Shown: positions 39,960-51,102, counted from the first letter of the stretch. The stretch: DNA of 64,000 nt from Fimbriimonadales bacterium (GCA_041744215.1 JBGTLG010000022.1:14247-78246); one strand, 5' to 3'. The notes: generated from the sequence alone by a model not told the origin. Program-made: numbers and translations.

Positions 39960-40007
39960 GCAAACTTGTCCTCTGCGATATAATCCGGAGGCCAAAGGAG
40001 CCAAAAA

Positions 40008-41165
40008 ATGCCTCGATACGTTCAACTCGGAAAAGTCCCCGGCAAGCGCCACACCGCCTTCCGTAAGCCCGACGGAGGTCTCTACTCGGAGCAACTCCTG
40101 GGCGTCCACGGTTTCTCCGGCCTCCAAAGCATCACCTACCACATCAACATGCCCACCCGCGTCGCCGGCTGGGAGCCGAAGGGACGGGTCGCGCCCGAAT
40201 TCCTCGCCCACGAACCCCTCCGCCACCGCCACCTGAAGACCCGCCTCATGAAGCCGTGCGGCGACCCAATCAGCGGCCGCATCGCTCTCATGGGCAACAG
40301 CGACGTCATCTGGCACCAGATTTTTCCCGCCGAGCAGATGGATTACTTCTTCAAGAACGCCGACGGCGACGAGCTTTACTTCATGCACGACGGCAGCGGC
40401 ATCCTCGAGTCGATGTACGGCGATGTTCCTTACAAGCCTGGCGACTACATCGTTGTTCCGAGAGGAACGGTTTACAAGATCCGGATGGACGAAACGCCGC
40501 AGCGAATGATCGTTCTTCAATCGGCCGGCCACATCGAGATTCCGAAGCGGTACCGCAACAACTATGGGCAGCTGCTTGAGCACGCTCCGTATTGCGAGCG
40601 GGATATCCATCCTCCGAGCGAGTTGAAAACCCACGACGAGAAGGGCGATTTCCGCGTGCTCGTTCGGGCGCGGGGCGACTTGACGGAGTACCACTACGAC
40701 TATCATCCATTCGATGTTGTCGGATGGGACGGCTATGTTTATCCGTGGACGTTCAACATAAGCGACTTCATGCCGATCACGGGAAAGGTGCATATGCCGC
40801 CACCCATCCACCAGACCTTCGAAGCAAACAACTACGTCGTTTGCTCATTCTGTCCGCGAATGCTCGACTATCACCCCGACGCAATCCCGGTGCCATACGT
40901 CCACTCGAATATCGACAGCGATGAGGTTTTGTATTACGTGAATGGCAATTTCGGCTCCCGAAAAGGAATCGAAGAAGGCTCGATCACGCTCCATCCCCTT
41001 GGTATTCCGCATGGCCCGCAACCCGGCATCGCCGAAGCATCGCTTGGCGCGACCAAGACGGAAGAACTGGCTGTCATGGTTGACACTTTCCATCCGCTCA
41101 TGCTCACAAAGGAGGCCGTTTCGCTCGAAGACGACACCTATTGGAAGAGCTGGAAACCCGAGTAA
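40008..41165 (+). CDS. hmgA: Homogentisate 1,2-dioxygenase
   Basis: NADGDEL, HPFDVVGWDG, HMPPPIH, HSNIDSDEVLYY, HPLGIPHGP. Confidence 0.93.
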   Translation: MPRYVQLGKVPGKRHTAFRKPDGGLYSEQLLGVHGFSGLQSITYHINMPTRVAGWEPKGRVAPEFLAHEPLRHRHLKTRLMKPCGDPISGRIALMGNSDVIWHQIFPAEQMDYFFKNADGDELYFMHDGSGILESMYGDVPYKPGDYIVVPRGTVYKIRMDETPQRMIVLQSAGHIEIPKRYRNNYGQLLEHAPYCERDIHPPSELKTHDEKGDFRVLVRARGDLTEYHYDYHPFDVVGWDGYVYPWTFNISDFMPITGKVHMPPPIHQTFEANNYVVCSFCPRMLDYHPDAIPVPYVHSNIDSDEVLYYVNGNFGSRKGIEEGSITLHPLGIPHGPQPGIAEASLGATKTEELAVMVDTFHPLMLTKEAVSLEDDTYWKSWKPE

Positions 41166-41216
41166 GTCGCACAAAACGGATATAATCGGCGGTCGGTTCC
41201 CCGTAAGGAAAAACTA

Positions 41217-41663
41217 ATGGCCGCACCCTATCGCCTGCTGATCGTCGATGACGAAGAAGACGTCCGGATTGCCGTCAAGCGCCGCCTCGAACGCCAAGGC
41301 TTCGAGGTGGATACCGCTGACAGCGCCGAGGCGGGGATTGAGTGCATCCAAACGGTAGAGGAGCCCTACGACGTCATCGTCACCGACATGAGCATGGAAG
41401 ACCCGGAAGCAGGGGTCCAGATACTCCAAGCTGCCTTTGGTCGTGATGTGTTCGCGGAAGTCATCGTCATGACTGCGTATGGCAACGTCAAAAACGCTGT
41501 CGAATGTATGAAGCGCGGTGCGTTCGATTACATCGAAAAGAACATCCCGGGTGTCGACGTTTACGAACTGTTGACGATTAAGATCGAACAGGCTCTCGAC
41601 CGCAGGCGCCAAAGCGTTAGCGCAGTTAAGTCTTGGGATCGAACGACGGGAGCGAGGACGTAG
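41217..41663 (+). CDS. Single-domain response regulator
   Basis: [25 protein letters not shown]. Confidence 0.92.
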   Translation: MAAPYRLLIVDDEEDVRIAVKRRLERQGFEVDTADSAEAGIECIQTVEEPYDVIVTDMSMEDPEAGVQILQAAFGRDVFAEVIVMTAYGNVKNAVECMKRGAFDYIEKNIPGVDVYELLTIKIEQALDRRRQSVSAVKSWDRTTGART

Positions 41664-41727
41664 CTCGGTTGACTGCTGGCGATTGACGAGGCTCGACAAT
41701 CGGCAGCCGTCAAACGCGAATCGAATC

Positions 41728-43560
41728 ATGGACCAATCTCTGATCCGCAATTTTTGCATCGTGGCGCATATCGATCACGGCAAATCGACGCTTGCGGATC
41801 GCATTCTCGAAATCACCGGCACTATTCGGGGAACAGCCAAAGAGCAGATGCTCGACAGCATGGACCTCGAGCGCGAGCGCGGCATTACGATCAAGATGAC
41901 GGCCGTTCGATTGCGTCACACCGCAAACGACGGCAAAGAGTATGAGTTCAATCTGATCGACACGCCAGGGCACGTCGACTTTACCTACGAAGTGTCGCGA
42001 TCACTCGCAGCCTGCGAAGGTGCGCTCTTGGTTGTCGATGCGACTCAGGGGGTCGAGGCCCAGACGATAGCGAACGCCTCGATGGCGATGACTCAAGGGC
42101 TAGAAATCGTCCCGGTCATCAACAAGATCGATTTGCCGCATGCGGACGTCGCGAGAGCAAGAGAGGAGATTGAGTCCGCGCTCGCGATCGATGCTTCAGA
42201 TGCAATTCTTGTGAGCGCAAAAACAGGCGAAGGCGTTCCAGAACTTTTGGAAGCGATTGTGAAGCGTATTCCCCCCCCTTCATTGCCGAAGCCGGGCATC
42301 TTTCGTGATGGAGAGTTTCCAGGCAGCGACAATCCCCTTCGTGCGCTGATTTTTGATTCGCATTTCGATCCGTATCGCGGAGTTGTCGCTTATGTTCGCG
42401 TCGTCGACGGGATGATCAAGAAGGGCCAGATGATCAAAATGATGTCAACGGGTTCGACATTCGATGTCGATACAATCGGTTACTTCGCACCAGAGCCGAT
42501 GCCGGCTGAAGAACTAAGTACGGGTGAGGTCGGCTTCTTCACGGCTGGCATGAAAGAAATTGGCGACGCTGGGGTCGGCGATACGGTAACAAGCGCAGAC
42601 ACTCCAGCAACAGATTCGCTGACGGGCTATCGAAGGGCGAAGCCAATGGTCTTTTGCGGGCTCTATCCCATTAATGGTGAGCAGTATCAGGAACTCCGCG
42701 ACGCAATTGAAAGATTGCAGCTCAATGACGCAGCGCTCACCTTCGAGCCAGAAACTTCCGACGCTCTCGGTTTTGGGTTTAGGTGCGGTTTCCTTGGGCT
42801 GTTACACATGGACATTGCGCGTGAAAGACTCGAGCGCGAGTTCAAACTTGAGCTAATCCTGACGAGCCCGAGTGTCAACTATGTTGTATTCAAAACCGAC
42901 GGGACAATGGAGCAAATCTCAAACCCGAGTCGGTTTCCGCCTCCGCAGCAGATCGCGCATATTGAAGAGCCGGCGGTGAAGGCGACGGTGATGGTTCCGC
43001 AGGAGTATGTCGGTACCGTCATGAATCTCTGCAAGATTCGGCGCGGCGTTTTTAGCAAAATGGAGTACCCATCGCCTACGCGTGTGATCCTCTACTACAC
43101 GTTGCCGCTTTCAGAAATCTTGCTCGACTTCTTTGACAAGCTCAAATCACAAACGCGCGGGTACGCCAGTTTTGACTACGACTTTTCTGATTACATAAGG
43201 GCTGATCTTGTGAAGGTCGATGTTATGCTCAATGGCGATAAGGTTGACGCGCTTTCATTCATTGTTCATAAGGATGAGTCTTACGTTCGGGGTCGTGCGG
43301 TGACGGAGCAGTTGAAGAAGGTCGTGCCCCGGCAGCAGTATGAGGTGCGAATTCAAGCTGCAATCGGCGCGAAGGTGATCGCCGCTGAATCGATCAAGCC
43401 CTTCAGGAAAGACGTCACGGCCAAATGCTATGGAGGTGACATCACTCGTAAGCGGAAACTGCTCGAGAAACAAAAAGAGGGCAAGAAGCGGATGAAGAAC
43501 ATCGGGGCGATCGAGGTTCCGCAGGAAGCATTTTTGTCTGTGCTGAAGGTCACTGAGTAG
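41728..43560 (+). CDS. lepA: Translation elongation factor 4
   Basis: [42 protein letters not shown]; start set at ATG 41728. Confidence 0.97.
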   Translation: MDQSLIRNFCIVAHIDHGKSTLADRILEITGTIRGTAKEQMLDSMDLERERGITIKMTAVRLRHTANDGKEYEFNLIDTPGHVDFTYEVSRSLAACEGALLVVDATQGVEAQTIANASMAMTQGLEIVPVINKIDLPHADVARAREEIESALAIDASDAILVSAKTGEGVPELLEAIVKRIPPPSLPKPGIFRDGEFPGSDNPLRALIFDSHFDPYRGVVAYVRVVDGMIKKGQMIKMMSTGSTFDVDTIGYFAPEPMPAEELSTGEVGFFTAGMKEIGDAGVGDTVTSADTPATDSLTGYRRAKPMVFCGLYPINGEQYQELRDAIERLQLNDAALTFEPETSDALGFGFRCGFLGLLHMDIARERLEREFKLELILTSPSVNYVVFKTDGTMEQISNPSRFPPPQQIAHIEEPAVKATVMVPQEYVGTVMNLCKIRRGVFSKMEYPSPTRVILYYTLPLSEILLDFFDKLKSQTRGYASFDYDFSDYIRADLVKVDVMLNGDKVDALSFIVHKDESYVRGRAVTEQLKKVVPRQQYEVRIQAAIGAKVIAAESIKPFRKDVTAKCYGGDITRKRKLLEKQKEGKKRMKNIGAIEVPQEAFLSVLKVTE

Positions 43561-43602
43561 CGACCTCCAGATCAGGGATTACTCTCAGACGCAGCCGGAA
43601 TT

Positions 43603-43629
43603 GGGCGAATTGGAAACCAATTGCCCTTT
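43603..43629 (+). terminator. Possible terminator hairpin after lepA
   Basis: GGGCGAATTGG-AAA-CCAATTGCCC followed by TTT. Confidence 0.5.
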
Positions 43630-43713
43630 GCCGGGTGTATAGTCGGGAGGTCTTCAGTCCCACACTCCAGGCATATCTGTCCTGGAAACGGGTATTCCAT
43701 TTCACACAGGGCT

Positions 43714-44997
43714 ATGTCTCAGTTCATCCGCATCGTCACGGTCGCCAGCGTTGTCGCGCTGGCCCTCTCGGGGTTCGCCGACACGCTTTCACTTCGCGAG
43801 GCCATCGAGCTCGCTAAGCGGAACAATGGGCTCGTCGCGGCTGCCTTCAAGGATTACGAATCGGCTCGCTCGGCGGTCCGAGAGGCGCGGTCGGCGTTCT
43901 TTCCGACGGTCACACCGGCCTACTCCTGGTTTGACGGAGACGATGGGACTGGCTTTGCTCGGCGCACGAGCGGATTCTCACTCAACGACCTATCGATTGA
44001 CACTCGATGGCTTTTGCTAGACGCGGGCCAGAGGCAATACAATCTCGCGCGGGCGCGTAATCTGGCGGACGCCTCCGAGCAGTCAACTCTTTGGACCCTT
44101 CGGCAAACACTGTTTTCCGTAACTCAGCAGTATTACGACGTCCTTCGCGCGACTGAATTGATGCGCGTTGCCGCTTCGGAAATCGAGAGGACAAAGCAGA
44201 TTCTCGACAGCATTAAGAAACGAGTTGAGGTCGGCGACCTTGCAGCCAAAGAGATTCTGCAGGCCGAGGCCGACTACGCGAACGCGATTGTGAACCAAAT
44301 AGTCCGGAAAAACCAGGTCAGCACGAGCACCGCAGCTTTGAAAGCGGTGATCGGTTGGCCCTCAGACGAGCCGATGCTGGAGCTCGTGCCACCCGAGTCC
44401 TTCGAACCGACCCTATCTGACCTCACCCTGACAGACGCCGTGGCGCGAGGGCTTGAGTCGCGACCTGACCTCGAGGACTCACGCAAGCGCCAGCAGGCGA
44501 GCAGATACAGCCTTCTCACCGCCGAGCAGAACGCGTCGATCGATTGGACGCTGTCGCTCAGTTACGCGAAGAACTTCGAACCCGGAGACACGTACGGGCG
44601 CGCGCTGACTTTCCTCATATCGTTCCCCCTGTTTGATGGTGGGTTCTCGAGGGAGCGTGTTCGACAGACAAAACTCGGCTATGAGGCCGGAAACCTCCGA
44701 TTGGATCAGCAGGCACGGAATGTCCGCAGCGAGATTGAGTCGGTTTACTTGAGCTGGCAACAGAACCATGAGCGACTGACTGCGAGCCAAGCGGCCCTTC
44801 GTGCCGCAGAGCTGAACTTCAAAGCCGCCACCGAGAGCCAGGCCGCGGGAGCTGGCACGATTTTGGAAGTCACCAATGCTCGTTCAGCGCTGGTTACCGC
44901 TGAAACGAACTATGTTCAGGCCGTGTACGACTATCTAATCAGCGAAGTGCAGCTCAAGCTGGTTATGGGTGCGCCTGTGCCCGGGGAGGCTCCATGA
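43714..44997 (+). CDS. TolC family outer-membrane efflux protein
   Basis: Signal peptide, [17 protein letters not shown], two OEP-type repeats. Confidence 0.9.
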   Translation: MSQFIRIVTVASVVALALSGFADTLSLREAIELAKRNNGLVAAAFKDYESARSAVREARSAFFPTVTPAYSWFDGDDGTGFARRTSGFSLNDLSIDTRWLLLDAGQRQYNLARARNLADASEQSTLWTLRQTLFSVTQQYYDVLRATELMRVAASEIERTKQILDSIKKRVEVGDLAAKEILQAEADYANAIVNQIVRKNQVSTSTAALKAVIGWPSDEPMLELVPPESFEPTLSDLTLTDAVARGLESRPDLEDSRKRQQASRYSLLTAEQNASIDWTLSLSYAKNFEPGDTYGRALTFLISFPLFDGGFSRERVRQTKLGYEAGNLRLDQQARNVRSEIESVYLSWQQNHERLTASQAALRAAELNFKAATESQAAGAGTILEVTNARSALVTAETNYVQAVYDYLISEVQLKLVMGAPVPGEAP

Positions 44998-45734
44998 GCG
45001 ACGTCCCTCTGATCGAGACCCGCGGCTTGTGCAAGGACTACGTTATGGGGTCGGTCGTTGTGCATGCATTGCGGGGCGTCGACACAAAAATCTATCCTGG
45101 GGAGTTTGTCGCAATCATGGGGCCCTCCGGCTCCGGAAAATCGACTTACATGAACTCGCTCGGGTGCTTGGACAGACCCACAAGCGGTGAATATCTGCTG
45201 AACGGAGTTCAGGTCAATACGCTGAGCGAGAACGAGTTGGCTGAGATTCGCAATAAGCAGATCGGTTTCGTCTTCCAAACATTCAACCTTCTTCCCCGGA
45301 CGAGCGCACTGAAAAACGTGGAACTGCCGCTGGTTTATGCGGGCGCAAAGGACCGAACAACCACCGCGAAGGCGGCGCTCGACAGGGTAGGGCTATCGCA
45401 GCGGATGGACCACAAGCCCAACGAGCTGTCCGGCGGGCAGCAGCAGAGGGTCGCGATCGCGAGAGCCATCGTGAATGATCCCTTGCTGATTCTCGCAGAC
45501 GAGCCGACCGGCAACCTGGACAGCCGAACCGGCGAGGAAATCTTGGCGCTGTTCCAAGAGCTCAACCGCGAAGGTCGAACAGTCATCATGGTGACTCATG
45601 AAGAGGACGTGGCCGAGCATTGCAAGCGGATTGTTCGTTTTAGGGACGGAAAGCTCTATAAGGACGAGGCAGTCGCGAACCCTATCGACGCGAGGGATAT
45701 GCTCGCCAAGATGATTCCTGTCGAAGCCGACTGA
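44994..45734 (+). CDS. ABC transporter ATP-binding protein (MacB/LolD type)
   Basis: [34 protein letters not shown]. Confidence 0.95.
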   Translation: MSDVPLIETRGLCKDYVMGSVVVHALRGVDTKIYPGEFVAIMGPSGSGKSTYMNSLGCLDRPTSGEYLLNGVQVNTLSENELAEIRNKQIGFVFQTFNLLPRTSALKNVELPLVYAGAKDRTTTAKAALDRVGLSQRMDHKPNELSGGQQQRVAIARAIVNDPLLILADEPTGNLDSRTGEEILALFQELNREGRTVIMVTHEEDVAEHCKRIVRFRDGKLYKDEAVANPIDARDMLAKMIPVEAD

Positions 45735-45741
45735 AGTCCGG

Positions 45742-45769
45742 TCAAAACCGAGCCTCAACCAGCCGATAA
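45742..45769 (+). promoter_or_regulatory. Sigma-28 (FliA) promoter
   Basis: Perfect GCCGATAA -10 at 45762-45769 with TCAAA 15-16 nt upstream, ahead of fliS. Confidence 0.7.
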
Positions 45770-45803
45770 TCCTAACGGAAGCTATCGTCGAGGTGGAGTT
45801 CAA

Positions 45804-46199
45804 ATAGGCGCGAGAGGGATAGACGAGTACCGAAAGCAGTCAGTCTCGTCGGCGAGCCCGGTCCAATTGGTGATCATGCTCTACGACGCGGCTATCCGCC
45901 ACTGCGAATTGGGGCAGGCGGCGATTCTCGCGGGCCGAATCGAGTCCCAGAACGACCACCTGACGAAGGCGCAACGGATCATCTCGGAGCTGATGTGCAG
46001 CTTGGACATGGAGAACGGGGGCGAGATCGCTCAAAACCTGCTCGGGCTCTACACCTACTGCAACAACGAGCTCGTCAACGCCAACGTCGACGATCGGGCC
46101 GAAAGCGTCGACAATGCGATCCGTGTGCTCAATGAGCTTCGCGACGCTTGGAGAACGATCTGCGTACAGATCGAGCCGGAGGAAAGAATTGCAGCCTGA
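45804..46199 (+). CDS. fliS: Flagellin export chaperone (probable ATA start)
   Basis: YRKQSVSSASPVQLVIMLYD...KAQRIISEL..SLD...IAQNL..LY.Y...LRDAW; SD GAGGTGGAG 5 nt before ATA 45804. Confidence 0.88.
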   Translation: MGARGIDEYRKQSVSSASPVQLVIMLYDAAIRHCELGQAAILAGRIESQNDHLTKAQRIISELMCSLDMENGGEIAQNLLGLYTYCNNELVNANVDDRAESVDNAIRVLNELRDAWRTICVQIEPEERIAA

Positions 46200-46527
46200 T
46201 ACCAGACCAGTCGCCATAGCCGAGTCTCTGCTTGCAACAACGCTTAGCGCGGAAGCCTCCATTGCCTCCGGCGACTGGGAGACTGCTGGGCACCTCCTAC
46301 GTCGGCGCGAGCAGTTGCTGACGCAGTTGGAGCGGGAGAGGGATTTAAGTGACGCGCAAGCCGTGCTGTTAGAAGTTCAACAAGCTGAGAAATCTCTGCT
46401 ATCGCTTATGGAGCGATCAACGCGCGACATCTCTGAAGAATTGGGCAAGATCGCCAGTTTTCGGACGCGAAAGAATCCGTTTTCCCGAACCGCGGAAACG
46501 GGAACCGTTCTCGAACGTTACGGGTAG
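46189..46527 (+). CDS. FliT-like flagellar chaperone
   Basis: Overlaps fliS end; helical, with GDWE...LLRRREQLL pattern. Confidence 0.6.
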   Translation: MQPDTRPVAIAESLLATTLSAEASIASGDWETAGHLLRRREQLLTQLERERDLSDAQAVLLEVQQAEKSLLSLMERSTRDISEELGKIASFRTRKNPFSRTAETGTVLERYG

Positions 46528-46572
46528 CCTCCGGGTGTGGGTTTTGCGGTCGATTCCACGCGGCAAAGTGAA

Positions 46573-47427
46573 GTGCCGCAAGTTATCCTACTCGACGGAG
46601 CAATGGGAACGGAGTTGAAGCGGAGAGGATCGCGCCTCGAGATGCCGCTGTGGTCTGCGCAGTCGCTCATCGAGAATCCGGATCTCGTGTTTCAGATCCA
46701 CCGCGATTACAGGGATGCGGGCGCTAACATCTTAACGACGAACACATTTCGTACACATCGTAGGTCGCTTGACAAAGCCGGGATTGGGGAACGGGCACCC
46801 GCTCTCACGATGTTGGCGGTCAGATTGGCGATCGAAGCCTCCGATGGAAAGTGTACGATCGCAGGCTCTGTCTCTCCACTCGAAGACTGTTTTCGCCCCG
46901 ACCTCTCTCCAGGAAGCTCAGTCGATGAGTTCTTAGAAATTGGTTCTTGGCTTTTGGAATCAGGGTGCGACCTTCTGATCATTGAAACGATGAACAACAT
47001 CGCGGAGATGCGATCAGCGCTGACAGCGGCGCAGCGACTTAGCGCAAGGTGTTATGTGAGTGTCAACCCATCGACTGCAAATCCCCGCAAGCTGCTGAGC
47101 GGTGAGGAAGTTCGCGAAGCGCTACGTGTCGCCGACGGAGAAAGTGCTGCCGCATTTCTTCTCAACTGCGCGCCAATGTCCGTAGTAGAGCGAACGATGG
47201 CGGAAGTTGCCGAGGTTTCGCCATTGCCGTTCGGCGCCTATGCCAACAACGGAACGGATGCAGGTGAAGGGCGTTGGCGATTCGATCAGGACATCGGCGC
47301 TGCCAAGTTTATTGAGCATTCGGCGAAGCTGAGGGAGATGGGAGCACGAATCGTTGGCGGATGCTGCGGCACGACGCCAAGCCACATCGCGGCGATTGCC
47401 GAGTTTCTCGCATCTCAGCGTGGGTAA
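46573..47427 (+). CDS. Homocysteine S-methyltransferase family protein
   Basis: LLDGAMGTEL, LNC, GGCCGTTPSHI zinc ligands. Confidence 0.9.
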   Translation: MPQVILLDGAMGTELKRRGSRLEMPLWSAQSLIENPDLVFQIHRDYRDAGANILTTNTFRTHRRSLDKAGIGERAPALTMLAVRLAIEASDGKCTIAGSVSPLEDCFRPDLSPGSSVDEFLEIGSWLLESGCDLLIIETMNNIAEMRSALTAAQRLSARCYVSVNPSTANPRKLLSGEEVREALRVADGESAAAFLLNCAPMSVVERTMAEVAEVSPLPFGAYANNGTDAGEGRWRFDQDIGAAKFIEHSAKLREMGARIVGGCCGTTPSHIAAIAEFLASQRG

Positions 47428-47436
47428 AGTCGCTGA

Positions 47437-48483
47437 GTGACGATTCGACGCACAACGATTGCCATCATTCCTTTGCTGGTTGTTGCTCTGTTTGCGCTTG
47501 CCACCGTCACATGTGGTGGCCAATCCGGGGCGAAAGCGAAAGTTGGACTACGAATTGTCACTTGGAACATCGCGTGGTTTGGTGAAGATGCTCATCCTGA
47601 ACGGCTTGTAAACATTAACTCTGTGTTATCGAAAATCGATGCCGACGTGATCGCTTTGCAAGAAATTGCAAGTAGGAAAGCGCTTGAGCAGGTGTTTAAG
47701 GACGAGTGGGAGATTGGGATCATCGATGATCGCTCGGAGCCGCAAGAAACTGCGATAGTCGTTAGAAAGCCGCTTCGGATCGAAAGTGTTGAACTCATTT
47801 TTGAATCCGGTCACTTCGATGATCCTTTCCCCGGGAAACGCGACGTGCTGAGGGCGGTCGTTGCGACGCCGGGAGGCAATCGCATTTCGTTTTATGTAGT
47901 TCATCTGAAGAGCCGAAGTGGCGGGAGGATTAACACGGACCCGCGTCGGATATTCGCCTGTGCCTTATTGGCGGCGTACATTCGCGGCAAGAATGAAGAT
48001 TTCGTTGTTGCATTAGGCGACTTCAACGATACGCCTGATGATGAGAGTGTGAACATTCTCGAATCCGGCGATCTAAGAGCGAAGGGCGGTATGCACCGAA
48101 CAGAGAACCCATTCATGCATAACATTACTGAGCCGCTTTGGGAGAAGGATTACGTAACTCTTGAGTTGCGCGATCGATTTCGCGGCAGCGACATGATCGC
48201 GCAGGCGAAGGGTGCGAGGAGAGAGAACGACCGGCTTCGAGGGGTCAACTATCGCTTCCCGCAGGATGTGAGCGTTCGAGAGATTATGTTCGATCAGATC
48301 CTTGTGAGCCCGAAGATGAATCTGCTGTTTACAGGCCATGCAGATATCTATGCTGGCGCGGATGCATTGCGAGGTCGTCCGCCGCGCGTCCGCCGCGGTG
48401 ACAGCGGAGCCACGGCCTATGAGGACAAGGGAACGCTGGCGTCGGATCACCTGCCCGTCATCGCGGACTTCCGCATTCCGTAA
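47437..48483 (+). CDS. Exported endonuclease/exonuclease/phosphatase family protein
   Basis: TWNI, ALQEI, HLKS, GDFND, ASDHLPV; N-terminal signal with Cys. Confidence 0.9.
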   Translation: MTIRRTTIAIIPLLVVALFALATVTCGGQSGAKAKVGLRIVTWNIAWFGEDAHPERLVNINSVLSKIDADVIALQEIASRKALEQVFKDEWEIGIIDDRSEPQETAIVVRKPLRIESVELIFESGHFDDPFPGKRDVLRAVVATPGGNRISFYVVHLKSRSGGRINTDPRRIFACALLAAYIRGKNEDFVVALGDFNDTPDDESVNILESGDLRAKGGMHRTENPFMHNITEPLWEKDYVTLELRDRFRGSDMIAQAKGARRENDRLRGVNYRFPQDVSVREIMFDQILVSPKMNLLFTGHADIYAGADALRGRPPRVRRGDSGATAYEDKGTLASDHLPVIADFRIP

Positions 48484-48485
48484 GG

Positions 48486-48929
48486 TTAGCGGCGAATCTT
48501 TGCGCGGCGCTCTAACCAAAAGTTTCCGCTATGCGCAGAGAGGATAAGAAAGCCGCCGAGACCAACCAAAATGTATGAAGCCAACGGCGCATCGTGGGCG
48601 TGACCATCTTTTATCCCGCAACACAACGGCTCTCCGCCAGTAAGAACCCAGTTTCCTAGAACAAGCGCCACCATGCCCACTCCGAACGCCCAAGCAGGCC
48701 AGCGAAAGAGGTGGGCACGATAGCCATGGGTGAGCGCGAGCGAACCGAGAACCAATGCGCCGAGCATCATGCCGCCTTCAAACCAGATGTTGCCGACGAA
48801 AGTTGCGACGAGAGGCAGGGCGATGGGAAGAAGCAGGCAGTGTATGGCGCACAGGATCGACAGTGCGCCGCCAACCGCGTCGAGGCGGGAGGAGCGGTTG
48901 CAGCGTGCCTGGGAAGTCTCAACATTCAT
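48486..48929 (-). CDS. MerC-domain membrane protein
   Basis: LDAVG..LSILCAIHCLLLP; His/Cys loop CCGIKDGHAHD. Confidence 0.82.
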   Translation of the reverse strand: MNVETSQARCNRSSRLDAVGGALSILCAIHCLLLPIALPLVATFVGNIWFEGGMMLGALVLGSLALTHGYRAHLFRWPAWAFGVGMVALVLGNWVLTGGEPLCCGIKDGHAHDAPLASYILVGLGGFLILSAHSGNFWLERRAKIRR

Positions 48930-48940
48930 CGAGTCGGATT

Positions 48941-48970
48941 AGTATATCAACATTATTGCGTTTCTGTCAA
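48941..48970 (-). promoter_or_regulatory. Sigma-70 promoter of the MerC-like gene with dyad in the spacer
   Basis: TTGACA-N18-TATACT; spacer contains GCAAT-AAT-GTTGA. Confidence 0.65.
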
Positions 48971-48996
48971 TGGCCGGCGTGAGGGAAAATGCCTTT

Positions 48997-51102
48997 GTGA
49001 GCCGTGATAATCGATCTCCGGGGTTCTTGGATTCCCAATTCCTGCGCGAAACTTACTCGCTGCCGCTCAGTTACGGCGTCGAGCCTGCCGAAATCACTTG
49101 GTCGCCAGATGGAATGCGCTTCGCGTTTCTCTGGAATGATCAGGGCGATCTCTGGAAGGATGTGTACGTTAGCGACGCAGATCTTTCCCTGCGCAAGCTG
49201 ACGTGCGCGGCTGATTCTCGGGAGGTCTTCGACGAAGATGACGAGCGAGAGGCCGCCGATGTGGATTACGCGGAGCGCATGGAGTCGGGATTCACGGAGA
49301 TTGCGTGGCTGCCGGATGGGGGGGGCTTGGCAGCGATCGCACGTGGGCGAGTTTTGAAAGTTGCGACAGAAGGGGGCTCAATCGCTTTGTGGTCGGCTGG
49401 GAAAGCGTCACATCTTCGGATACCGCGACGTGGGGAAGGAATCTTCTTTTTGCATGGAGGAAATGTCCATGTGATTCTTGGCGAGTCGGTGGTGCAGGTT
49501 ACCGCATTCAGCAAGAAAGACCGTAAGGTGAAGGACTTTCAGCCGAGTCCGGACGGGAAGTGGGTTGCACTCTTCGTTGAGGATGAGTCGGAGGTCGAAA
49601 AAGTACGAATGCCAGATTACGTTTCCACGAAGGAGGTTAAGATCAACGAGCTGCGTCGCCACAATGCAGGGGAACGGCCCGCGATGCGCCATTACGGGCT
49701 TGCGCTTTCCGATGGTTCAGCGAAGGCAACGTTGCACTCATACGAAAATGAAGAAACCTTCTGGCCGTATGCGATTCGGTGGCTGCCGAATGGTGAGTCT
49801 GCAGTGTTTGCAGTGGCTTCGCGCAACCACAAGACGTTTCAGATTCGAAGGGTTGATGTTTCCGGAGAAACGAGGACGATTTACGAGGAAGACTGTGCGC
49901 CTTGGTTCGCGTTCCGAGGAGTGGCGATTTCCTCTTGCTCAAGCTTCGTACAGTTCTTGAGTTTTCGATCTGGGTGGAGCCAGATTTGGAGGGTTCCTGT
50001 TGATGGCGGTGATGCGTCTCCGATGATGTCGGAAGAGTTTGATATTGACGAGTTTTGCTCTCCCTTAAGAACAGACGACGTCTTCTTCACAGCGTACGCC
50101 AGATCGACCGTCGATCGGGCGGTTTTTCGCATGCAGCCGGGATCCAAGCCAGAGGAGATCGCAGTGAAACCCGGTTGTTTCCGTGTGTTTCCCAATGAGG
50201 ACGGTGAGTCCATCGTGTATGTTCACTCGGCGGCGTGTATTCCACCCAAACTGCTGCGTGGCGATGGCCCGAAGATGCACACCGTGGTTTCGTGTGGCGA
50301 CAGCATAAGAGGCTACTTATCGTCGGTTCAAATCGAGACAACGGAGTTCGTGGCGCGCGATGGCAAGCGGTTGTCCGCGAGGCTTATCAAACCTCGGGAC
50401 TTCGACCCGAAGAACCGATATCCAGTCGTGTTGAGCTGCGTGTATGCAGGTCAGGCAAAGAATCAATTCACTCGATATCATCCGCTCGACGCTTTCATGG
50501 CGAACGAGTTAGGGTACATCGTCGTGGGCGTCGATCTGCGTGCGAGCATCGGCTACGGGCGTGAGTTCTTTTTCGGATACCATGAGTCGTTAGGCATTGT
50601 GGACAGCGACGAACTGGCTGAGGTTGCGTCGGGATTGCGTCAGCTCTCCTATGTCGATGGAGATCGGATTGGAGTATGGGGAGGTAGCTACGGTGGATTT
50701 CTTACGCTGATGGCAATGTCGCGGCATCCCGGCGTGTTTCATACGGGGATAGCGTGGAAATCTGTGACAGATTGGCGAAACTACTATGAGTCGTACACAA
50801 CGCAGCGCCTCGGAAGCCCAAAAGAAAACGCTGAGAAGTATGAGTTGACATCGCCATTGACGCACATCGAGAATCTGCAAGGGAATCTCCTGCTCGTTGC
50901 GGGCATGCAGGACGATAATGTGCTGTTCCAAGACACTGTATGGGTGATGCAAAGGCTGATCGAAAGCGGTAAGTTCTTTGAACTCATGGTGTATCCGCGA
51001 GATGATCACGGCCTTACTCTTCGTCACGAAAGCTTGCCCGACTTAATGGAAAGAATCGCCGCTTACTTTGAGGACAAGATGGGTCGAGGCCCTACATCTT
51101 AA
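48997..51102 (+). CDS. S9/DPP-IV family peptidase (no signal peptide seen)
   Basis: GGSYGG nucleophile, DDNV, DDHG; start ambiguous (48970 or 48997). Confidence 0.9.
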   Translation: MSRDNRSPGFLDSQFLRETYSLPLSYGVEPAEITWSPDGMRFAFLWNDQGDLWKDVYVSDADLSLRKLTCAADSREVFDEDDEREAADVDYAERMESGFTEIAWLPDGGGLAAIARGRVLKVATEGGSIALWSAGKASHLRIPRRGEGIFFLHGGNVHVILGESVVQVTAFSKKDRKVKDFQPSPDGKWVALFVEDESEVEKVRMPDYVSTKEVKINELRRHNAGERPAMRHYGLALSDGSAKATLHSYENEETFWPYAIRWLPNGESAVFAVASRNHKTFQIRRVDVSGETRTIYEEDCAPWFAFRGVAISSCSSFVQFLSFRSGWSQIWRVPVDGGDASPMMSEEFDIDEFCSPLRTDDVFFTAYARSTVDRAVFRMQPGSKPEEIAVKPGCFRVFPNEDGESIVYVHSAACIPPKLLRGDGPKMHTVVSCGDSIRGYLSSVQIETTEFVARDGKRLSARLIKPRDFDPKNRYPVVLSCVYAGQAKNQFTRYHPLDAFMANELGYIVVGVDLRASIGYGREFFFGYHESLGIVDSDELAEVASGLRQLSYVDGDRIGVWGGSYGGFLTLMAMSRHPGVFHTGIAWKSVTDWRNYYESYTTQRLGSPKENAEKYELTSPLTHIENLQGNLLLVAGMQDDNVLFQDTVWVMQRLIESGKFFELMVYPRDDHGLTLRHESLPDLMERIAAYFEDKMGRGPTS

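Noticed and set aside
21061-43641. Shared ECF promoter GGAAAC-N17/18-TGTATA upstream of araC and tolC
   Set aside because: Only two instances with different spacing; the second overlaps a hairpin and a sigma-70-like TATAGT.
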